NCBI GenBank assembly: GCA_040390065.1
Contig: JAZJZE010000006.1
Span: forward strand, 45,344 to 109,343
Direction of reading: 5' to 3'
From: a bacterium
Lineage (GTDB): Archaea; Thermoplasmatota; E2; JACPAO01; JAHFTW01
Length of the DNA: 64,000 nucleotides
Part shown: piece after piece, positions 56,720-64,000 of the stretch
Layout of the letters: each line of letters opens with the position of its first letter
Position numbering within the stretch: position 1 is the first letter of the stretch
Notes under the pieces: model-generated
Database searches by the model: none
Seen by the model: the letters and a program-made list of their open reading frames with translations, nothing else
What the model was told of the DNA's origin: nothing
Translations under genes and position numbers: made by a program

Positions 56720-57858
56720 CGCGTCTGGGGCATCGGGGCAGTGCGGCCCTGGTCGACCACTTCGCCGTACACGGCCTCGAGGCGATCCGTGACGGCATCC
56801 CAGGAGAATTCCTTGTGGATCCGTGACGAGAGGGCGGGGCCACGGGCAAAGCGTTCCGGCTCGAGGGCGCGTCGGATCTGCGCCGAGAGGTCCTGAACGT
56901 TGCCGGGCTTGGCGACGAGGCCGCCGAGGCGGGCCAGGTCGGCCACACCGGGAAGGTCGGAGGCCACGACGGGTGTGCCGCAGGCCATGCTCTCGAGGAT
57001 GGAGATGCCGAAGCATTCTTGGCGCGTGACGCTGGGAAGAAGGGTCAGGCTCGCCCCCGAATACAGGGCTGGCAGGTCTGCGTCGGCCACGCATCCGAGG
57101 AAGCGGGCATCGACGCCAAGGCGGCGGGCCAACGCGTCGAGTTGGCCGCGCAGCGGTCCGTCGCCAACGATGAGGAGCGGGATGCCGGGTGGCGAGGCCG
57201 CCAAGGCGCGCAGGAGCACGTCCAGGCCCTTGTATGGGACGAGGCGCCCGACGAACAGGAGGTAGTTGCTAGGGCCATCGCTTGGCCTCGGGCGGAACTT
57301 GGCCGGGTCGACGCCGTTTGGCACGACGCGCCAGCGTTGTTCGGGGATGTGGTCCAGGCTTGCGGCGCTGCGGCCGTACGCCACGGAGCGCACGAGCACC
57401 GAACTGGCAAGATCGTAGACTGGCGGCGCGATGGCTTGGTAGACTCCAGCTGCGAGTCGGCCGACCGGGGTTCCGGGGTCAGGCTCGAAATGGAAGTCCA
57501 GGACGGAAGGGATGCCAAGTTCGTGGGCGCGGCGCAGGACCTTCGACGTCGTGAAGGGATAGGTCGCCGCGACGTGGACGACGTCGGAGTCGTGCGGGAT
57601 GTGTCGCGACAGCGGCGCAAGGGGCGCCCGCAGGAAGGTCGTGATGCGTGGTTCGCGCACGATGTGGACGCCATGCTCCGTCGTCGTCTCGCGGCCGCCC
57701 TGGGTGGAGCAGATGAGCGTCACGTCGTGGCCGCGGTGGGCCAGTTTCCGTGAGATTTCGCAAAAGACGCGCTCCACGCCGCCGACGTGGCCGCTGGCCG
57801 CGTCATCGCTCGCGGGGGGCGGGCTGGGGTCGAAAGCAGACACGAACGTGATGCGCAT
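56716..57858 (-). CDS. Glycosyltransferase family 4
   Basis: GGVER, VGRLVPYKG and ECFGISILESMACGTPVV motifs. Confidence 0.92.
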   Translation of the reverse strand: MRITFVSAFDPSPPPASDDAASGHVGGVERVFCEISRKLAHRGHDVTLICSTQGGRETTTEHGVHIVREPRITTFLRAPLAPLSRHIPHDSDVVHVAATYPFTTSKVLRRAHELGIPSVLDFHFEPDPGTPVGRLAAGVYQAIAPPVYDLASSVLVRSVAYGRSAASLDHIPEQRWRVVPNGVDPAKFRPRPSDGPSNYLLFVGRLVPYKGLDVLLRALAASPPGIPLLIVGDGPLRGQLDALARRLGVDARFLGCVADADLPALYSGASLTLLPSVTRQECFGISILESMACGTPVVASDLPGVADLARLGGLVAKPGNVQDLSAQIRRALEPERFARGPALSSRIHKEFSWDAVTDRLEAVYGEVVDQGRTAPMPQTR

Positions 57859-58117
57859 GCCCCGTATGCGGTCGGTGCCCGGTTGAATGGGTTGAGGGAC
57901 GACACCGGGGGGGTTTCCGGCTGCCGCCGCGGGCAGCGATGGCGATGCATGCGAGGGCCGCGCGTTGCGGTTTTGCCGGGAGGAAAAGCGACGCGCGCCG
58001 GTGCGCCCTCCGAACCAGTGCCGGAGGTAGGCGTCGCTCAGCAGAGAACTTGAGGCAAGACGCCGCGGCAGATCGAAGGCCGACGCGGCCGGATGACGCG
58101 GGCCGAGGAGCATGGGC

Positions 58118-58513
58118 CTAGAACTTCCACTCCGGGTCGGTCGGCGCCCACGAGCGGGTGAGCGCGTCCCCGGGGGCGGGATCCGGGCTCTGCGGTGGGA
58201 TACGGCCCATCGGCTGTGCGCGGCGCACGCGGCCCTCGCTGCGAAGCACGGAGCGGCGCTCGCGGGAGATCAGGTAGATCGGATTGACGGGATCCGCCTT
58301 GCGGTCGAGGATGTCTTCGAGGTGCAGGTGGGTGCCGCTCGTGGAGGCTGCCGACGGGACGCGGATGATCTCGAGTTCACTGGGGCGGGCCCCGACGGCG
58401 CGCACCACTTCCAGGACCTGCGGCGCCGCCTCTCCGGCCAGGGCGACGGGTTGGTTGTCGAAGAAAACCTCCGACAAGGCAGAGGCGGGGGCGGGGTCAG
58501 GGATGTCGAGCAT
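58118..58513 (-). CDS. Hypothetical protein, putative ubiquitin-like domain (paralog 3)
   Basis: VFFDNQPV..P.V..VV..G..P..ILDR.ADP..PIYL. Confidence 0.72.
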   Translation of the reverse strand: MLDIPDPAPASALSEVFFDNQPVALAGEAAPQVLEVVRAVGARPSELEIIRVPSAASTSGTHLHLEDILDRKADPVNPIYLISRERRSVLRSEGRVRRAQPMGRIPPQSPDPAPGDALTRSWAPTDPEWKF

Positions 58514-58687
58514 GGCCACTCTCCATGGATGGCCCGCGAATGATAGCCCAGTCGGCAGGCAGACCTGTTCGTCGCGACCCACCCGCCGCATGGGGCCCGT
58601 CAGTGCGCGGGGACCGCATTCGGCCGGCTCGCCCACATGCCACCATATACAGCAAGCCCCTTCCGATGCCGTCCCGAGAGGGAGCGG

Positions 58688-61000
58688 ATGTCGCGCGCCG
58701 AACCCAGTCACCCAAGCGGCACAGTGGTCGCCGTCGGAGCGTCGGCGGGCGGGTTGGAGTCGCTGGGCATCCTGCTCGCCGGGTTGCCGGAGCGCTTCCC
58801 CGCGTCCATCCTGGTGGTCCTGCACTTGGATCCCCACCATGAGAGCCAAGCCGTCCCCATCCTGCAGCATCGGACGCGGCTGCGCGTGCGTACGGCGCTT
58901 GCCGGAAAGCGCCCGCAGCCCGGGACGGTCTACCTCGCGCCGCCGGACCACCACCTGCAACTGCGCGCCGGCAAGATGCGGCTGACCCAGGCGGCTCGTG
59001 TCAACTATTCGCGGCCCAGTATCGATGTCCTGTTTGCGTCCGTCGCCGAGGATCGCGGCCCGGCGGCCGTCGGCGTGGTGCTCAGCGGCACGGGCAGTGA
59101 CGGCGCGGCGGGCGTCGCGCTCATCAAGGCGCGAGGTGGAACGGCTGTCGCCGAGCACGCGTCGACGGCGGCCTTCCCATTCATGCCGGCGGCGGCCGGG
59201 CGCGCGGGCCTGCTCGATGCGACCCTCCCCGTCACGCAGATTCCCGCCTTCCTCTTGCATGGCTTGACGCGGCGTGTCCCCGTGAGCGACCTGGAGTGGC
59301 AACGCATGCTGGCGTTCTTGCAGTCTCGCACGGGCGCCCGCTTCTCGAGCTACCGCTCCACGACTCTGCACCGCCGGCTGCAGCAGCGCTTGGCCGCCAC
59401 GGGGTGCCGAAGCATGGCCGAGTACCTGCGGATCCTGAACGAGAACGAGGCGGAGGTGGACCGGTTGCAGACGGCGTTCCTCATCAAAGTGAGTTCCTTC
59501 TTTCGCGACCAGGCCACTTGGGCCGTCCTGGCCCGCCGGGTGGATGCCTGGGCCACTACCCCGGGGCGGCCGCGACGCGCCTGGAGCGCGGGATGCGCCA
59601 CCGGCGAGGAGGCTTACACGCTGGCGGTCCTGCTTGCCCGGCGCCTGGGGACGGGGCCAGGCGCCAGCTGGACCGTCTTCGGCACCGACCTTGACGCCGG
59701 CGCGCTCAAGGTCGCCCGCGCCGCGCGGTATTCCCGTGACCAGGTGCGCGCAATCCCGCCGTCCGACCTTGTACGGTACTTCGTGCGCGAGGGCGCCGCG
59801 TGGCGGGTCCGCAAGGCCCTGCGGGCCCACGTCGTGTTCGGGCGCCATGACCTCTTGCATGATGTACCGTTGTCCGCCATGGACGTGGTCGCCTGCCGGA
59901 ACGTCCTCATCTACTTCAAGGCGGATGGAAAATCACGGACCTTGGCGCGGCTGGCGTCGGCCGTCCTTCCCGGAGGTTTCCTCTTCCTCGGGCGAAGCGA
60001 GGCGCCGGGACCGCTTGCCAGCCACGACCGCGTGGGCCGCACCAGCCTTTTCATGCGAAAGGGCCTGCCGTCTGCCATGCCCGCTCGTGCTGCTCGTTCC
60101 AAGAAGGCCGCCCCGCGGCGCCGTCGCGCGCCGGACGTGAGCGGGCCGCTTGCCGGGTCGTCGCTGATCGTGGCCGTGGCCATCGACCGCAAGGGGAATG
60201 TCGAGCTGTGGAACCCGGCCGCCCAGGCGTTGTTCGGCAAACGCCAGGCCCAGGTCATGGGCAAGCCCCTTGTGGGGGCCGTGGGGGATGAGACCGCTCG
60301 CCAGTTGCGCGCCACGATGCGCAACCCGGTGCCGCAGCAGGCGGTCCCCGTGGAGTGCACGGGCGTCGGCGGCCGCCGCATCCTCGAGGTCGAATGCCTC
60401 CCCGGCGCCGCTGCGGGCTCGACGGTCTTTCTCGGCTCGGAGGTGCGGCCGGAGGTGTCCATGCCCGTGGCCCAAACCTATGAGGGCCTTGTCCGCGCGG
60501 GGCGCCGGCCCCCGCCTACTGCGGCGGCCAAACTGCTTGCACAACAGGACCTCAACGACGAATTGCAGAGCCGGAACGAAGAACTTGAGACCGTCAACGA
60601 GGAACTGCAGAGCCTCAACGACGCGATGTCGTCCATGGAGGACGAGATGCGTGGCCTCGGCGAGGAGGCACGGCGTGCCAATGACTTCCTGCGGCTGCTG
60701 CTCGACACGTCCTCCGACGTGCTCATCGCCTGCAACGCCGACAACCGGGTGGCGTTCTGGAACGACGCCGCCATCAAGGCGTACCACTTGTCATCGGTGC
60801 AGGCTGTAGGTAAGGAACTCTTCGGCCTCCTGCCGAGCCTTGCCCATGCGCCGCTCAAGGTTGCGTCGCGCAAGGCCCGGGCGAGTGGACGAACGGGTCG
60901 TGTCAAGGTCCTGCACGGTGGCTTGGAGTACTCTTTCGACCCGTTGTCGTCGAGGTCAGGGTCGCGCCGAGGTTACCTGCTTCGCGTCCATCAGCCCTAG
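58688..61000 (+). CDS. CheB methylesterase-CheR methyltransferase fusion with PAS domains and coiled coil
   Basis: GASAGG, VLHL and LSGTGSDG (CheB triad); WSAGCATGEEAY and CRNVLIYF (CheR); NEELETVNEELQS. Confidence 0.92.
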   Translation: MSRAEPSHPSGTVVAVGASAGGLESLGILLAGLPERFPASILVVLHLDPHHESQAVPILQHRTRLRVRTALAGKRPQPGTVYLAPPDHHLQLRAGKMRLTQAARVNYSRPSIDVLFASVAEDRGPAAVGVVLSGTGSDGAAGVALIKARGGTAVAEHASTAAFPFMPAAAGRAGLLDATLPVTQIPAFLLHGLTRRVPVSDLEWQRMLAFLQSRTGARFSSYRSTTLHRRLQQRLAATGCRSMAEYLRILNENEAEVDRLQTAFLIKVSSFFRDQATWAVLARRVDAWATTPGRPRRAWSAGCATGEEAYTLAVLLARRLGTGPGASWTVFGTDLDAGALKVARAARYSRDQVRAIPPSDLVRYFVREGAAWRVRKALRAHVVFGRHDLLHDVPLSAMDVVACRNVLIYFKADGKSRTLARLASAVLPGGFLFLGRSEAPGPLASHDRVGRTSLFMRKGLPSAMPARAARSKKAAPRRRRAPDVSGPLAGSSLIVAVAIDRKGNVELWNPAAQALFGKRQAQVMGKPLVGAVGDETARQLRATMRNPVPQQAVPVECTGVGGRRILEVECLPGAAAGSTVFLGSEVRPEVSMPVAQTYEGLVRAGRRPPPTAAAKLLAQQDLNDELQSRNEELETVNEELQSLNDAMSSMEDEMRGLGEEARRANDFLRLLLDTSSDVLIACNADNRVAFWNDAAIKAYHLSSVQAVGKELFGLLPSLAHAPLKVASRKARASGRTGRVKVLHGGLEYSFDPLSSRSGSRRGYLLRVHQP

Positions 61001-63229
61001 AGGCTTTGCTTCGGCGCGGGCGTCGGCCGCTAGGATTGAGGTCGCGGGCTCGCCAAGGGCATCGCTCGGCGCGGACTCGGGGGGCGCATCGAAGCCCCGG
61101 GCGCTCAGGATGCCTTTGCCCGCCCGAACGGGGGGCCGGGCAGGCAGCGTGAAGCCAATCTTGCAACCCAGGCCGCGGCCCGGGCTTTCCGCCGTCATGG
61201 TGCCGCCCGAACCTTCGATGATCCCCTTGGAGATGAAGAGACCCAAGCCCGTGCCGCCCGGCGCCCCGGCCACGTCCTCGTGCAAGCGGCCGAACGGCCT
61301 GAACAGGTTGGGCCGGTCCGCGTCGGCAAAGCCCAGTCCCGTGTCCGAGACCTCGACGAAGGCCTCGCCGCGGCGCATGGTGGCACGGACGGTGATGCTG
61401 CCGCCCCGCGGCGTGAACTTCAGGGAATTGCCGATGAGGTTGAACAGCACCTGCATGATGCGCTCGCCGTCCGCGAAGGCCGCGACGGATCCGGTGGTCT
61501 TCGACGTGATGCTCACCCCAGCGCGGCCCGCTTCCGCTGCAAACGATTCGACGGCCTGGGCGACGACCCCTTCCAGGTCGAGCTGGGTGGGTTTGAGGTG
61601 CACCTGGCTGTGCGTCAGCGTCGACGCCGTGAGGAGGTCCTTGACGAGCGCCGCCAACCGGATGACGTTGCGCTCGACGATGGCGAGGCTGCGCTCTTGG
61701 GTGACGTCCAGTCCCCCGCCTGCCATCAGGGATTGCACCTGAGACAGCATCGGCGTGAGCGGCGTGTTGAGCTCATGTGACGCCCGACTCATGAATTCGG
61801 CGCGCATGCGGTTGAGGTCCTGCAGTTGCAGCACCTCGCGCTGTTGCTGTTCGTTGGCGTCGCGCACAAGTTGGGCCCGGTTCCGTTCGCCGACATCATG
61901 CGAGACGGTCGATGCGCCCACCAGTTGGCCATCCGCGTCGAGGATGGGCTGCACCGTGACCGAGACCTCCCTGATTTCGCCGGTCTTGGTCACGCGCTGC
62001 GTCTCGAACCGCTCGACGGCACGTCCGGCCAGGAGGGCGGCGAGCACGGCACTCCACTCCTCGCGGCCATCCTCTGTCATGCAGATCTCGGACAGGGCGC
62101 GTCCAACCACCTCGTCTTCGGTGAAGCCGTAAAGGCTCGCGGCACCGGAACTCCACGTCTGGACCACGCCGTGCATGTCGATGCCGATGATGGATTCGTC
62201 CGAGGCGTTGACCACCGCGGCGAGCCTTGCCGCCGCCAACTTGGCCGCGCGCTCGTTCGTCCGGTCGCGCGCGAAGAGCTCGATGGTCCTCTGGGCGTTG
62301 CCGTTCCCGGCTTGCGCCTGGACCTGCACGTAGACTTGTGTGCCGTCGCCGCGCCGGACGACGAGGTCCATCTGGGGATAGGGGGGGCCGGCCGCCAGCG
62401 CTTGCGCGACGCGTTCATGGGTGGCAGCGTCCAAGTGGCGCGACAGGTCGGTCACGGTCCGGCCGGTCAGCTCGGAGGCGGCGGCGTACCCCAGGAGGTC
62501 CGCGCAGGCCTGGTTCGCGATGTACACCTTGCCGTCGAGGCCGAGTTGCAAGATCCCAACGGGAGCGCCGTCCACGAGGCCACGGAAGCGCCTCTCGGCC
62601 TCCTCCAACCTCTCCTCGAGGGCGAGGCTGGCTTGCTTTGCGCGCAACCCGGCAACACCCACGGCAAGGTCTCCCGCGAGTTCACGCAGCAGCGCTACCT
62701 CTTCCGGAGCGAAGGCGTCCGGCTCGCGCGCGTAGATCGTGAGGACGCCAGCGCCGTGCGGCCCGAATTGGATGGGGCAGGCGCAGATGCTGGCAAAGCC
62801 CAGCGGGCCTGCTTCGGGGATGCGCTGCTGCAGGGCAGGGTCGGCCGAGATGCTCCGCACCACCTGGGGGCACTGCTCCTGGATGGCGCGCATGGTCGGG
62901 CTGCGTCGCCCAGGGGTGGTCGTCCAGGGGACCTCGATGCCGCGGACCCCGGATGGCGCGGTCCCCGCGTAGCCCATGGGGACGATGCCTTCCGTGTTCG
63001 GTTTGACTTCACCAAACCAGGCAAAGCAGTAGCCGCCGAGGTCGATCAGTGCTCGACACACCTCGAACAGGAGCGCTTCCTCGTCGTAGGCGCGGATCGC
63101 AGCCTGGCTGCAGTGGCTCACAATCCGTCGTGCCCGCTCGACGCGCTGCAACAGCGAGGGCGGCAGGGGCTCCGTGGCCACGACAAAACCTTGCTCTGCA
63201 GACGCTAGTCCATTTCCCTCGCTAGACAT
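60956..63229 (-). CDS. GAF-PAS-PAS sensor histidine kinase
   Basis: ASHELNTPL, NLIGNSLKF, DTGLG, GTGLGL; GAF pattern YARE..AF..EE..LL. Confidence 0.92.
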   Translation of the reverse strand: MSSEGNGLASAEQGFVVATEPLPPSLLQRVERARRIVSHCSQAAIRAYDEEALLFEVCRALIDLGGYCFAWFGEVKPNTEGIVPMGYAGTAPSGVRGIEVPWTTTPGRRSPTMRAIQEQCPQVVRSISADPALQQRIPEAGPLGFASICACPIQFGPHGAGVLTIYAREPDAFAPEEVALLRELAGDLAVGVAGLRAKQASLALEERLEEAERRFRGLVDGAPVGILQLGLDGKVYIANQACADLLGYAAASELTGRTVTDLSRHLDAATHERVAQALAAGPPYPQMDLVVRRGDGTQVYVQVQAQAGNGNAQRTIELFARDRTNERAAKLAAARLAAVVNASDESIIGIDMHGVVQTWSSGAASLYGFTEDEVVGRALSEICMTEDGREEWSAVLAALLAGRAVERFETQRVTKTGEIREVSVTVQPILDADGQLVGASTVSHDVGERNRAQLVRDANEQQQREVLQLQDLNRMRAEFMSRASHELNTPLTPMLSQVQSLMAGGGLDVTQERSLAIVERNVIRLAALVKDLLTASTLTHSQVHLKPTQLDLEGVVAQAVESFAAEAGRAGVSITSKTTGSVAAFADGERIMQVLFNLIGNSLKFTPRGGSITVRATMRRGEAFVEVSDTGLGFADADRPNLFRPFGRLHEDVAGAPGGTGLGLFISKGIIEGSGGTMTAESPGRGLGCKIGFTLPARPPVRAGKGILSARGFDAPPESAPSDALGEPATSILAADARAEAKPLGLMDAKQVTSARP

Positions 63230-63289
63230 GTCAGGGTCGGCGAATCTTGCCCCACCATTCCCATATAGGCCGGCCGGTGAGCATGAGGC

Positions 63290-63379
63290 ATGCGCGATTC
63301 CATCGTGGTGGCCGGCGCCCTGTCGCTTCTCGCCCTTCTTGCGCTGTACGACATCCTCTTCGTCGGCTTCGGGGCCTGA
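63290..63379 (+). CDS. 29-aa hydrophobic microprotein
   Basis: MRDSIVVAGALSLLALLALYDILFVGFGA; catata about 25 nt upstream. Confidence 0.45.
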   Translation: MRDSIVVAGALSLLALLALYDILFVGFGA

Positions 63380-63503
63380 TTCAGCAAGAGCCAGCACGAT
63401 GCCGGCTGACGCGCCGACGGGCACATGTTCGGGTGCCGACGGTTGGATGACCCCGGACGCCGTACGTCGACGTGCTGGCTTGAATCGCCAGGCGAGACCC
63501 GCC

Positions 63504-63932
63504 ATGGAACCCATGTTTGAGATTCTGCTTGTGGACGACAACCCCACGGAGGTTGCCCTCATGGAGGAGGCCCTGACGAGCAGTCGCCTCACGAACCGCC
63601 TGCACGCCGTCCAGGATGGCGTCGAAGCCATGGCGTTCCTGCGCCACGAAGGCCCCTACAAGGGCTCGCCTCGCCCCGGCCTCATCCTGCTCGACCTGAA
63701 CATGCCACGCAAGGGCGGGCTGCAGACGCTCTCCGAGATCAAGGCCGACCCCGACCTGCGCGGCATCCCGACCGTGATGCTCACGTCGTCCAACCAGCAA
63801 TCCGAGATCGACCGCGCCTACGGCCTGCAGGCCAACGGCTTCGTGCAGAAGCCCATCGACCTCGACGACTACGTCGCCATCATGGGCGGCATCGAGCAGT
63901 ACTGGACGGGCGTCGTACGACTTCCAGCCTAG
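63504..63932 (+). CDS. Single-domain response regulator (Rcp1-like)
   Basis: ILLVDDN, ILLDLNMP, LTSS and KP motifs. Confidence 0.93.
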   Translation: MEPMFEILLVDDNPTEVALMEEALTSSRLTNRLHAVQDGVEAMAFLRHEGPYKGSPRPGLILLDLNMPRKGGLQTLSEIKADPDLRGIPTVMLTSSNQQSEIDRAYGLQANGFVQKPIDLDDYVAIMGGIEQYWTGVVRLPA

Positions 63933-64000
63933 AGGTCATTGCATCACTTCCAGGGTGCCTGCGTCGTTTTCCGGCCTTCGCGATCCTGGCGGGGGCGGTC

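Overview
High-GC archaeal chromosome segment. The DP2 polymerase, L40e, NAC, Pop5-like, DUF2240 and TctA/DUF112 genes, TATA-type promoters and a box C/D sRNA point to Archaea; Thermoplasmatota is my inference. Bases 1-15.8 kb hold three tandem, paralogous giant Cys-rich single-pass surface proteins (DxDxNG-containing Ig-like repeats plus FnIII), each ending in the same cytoplasmic CxxC-x15-CxxC zinc ribbon. Two of them have homologous promoters built on a dispersed non-coding repeat. Bases 16-44.6 kb are mostly housekeeping and metabolic genes (acyl-CoA dehydrogenase, antiporter, Nnr, carboxyltransferase, MenA/MenG, DP2, MutM, proline dehydrogenase). This stretch also carries tRNA-Gly(GCC) with two tandem 3'-end duplications and an unannotated box C/D guide RNA predicted to methylate 16S C1402. 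Bases 44.6-64 kb are an accessory, stress-like region with three paralogous small proteins sharing an apparent ubiquitin-like domain, several microproteins, GT4 enzymes, a CheB-CheR fusion, a GAF-PAS kinase and a response regulator. All calls come from motif reading only; no searches were run, and many start codons are my choice.
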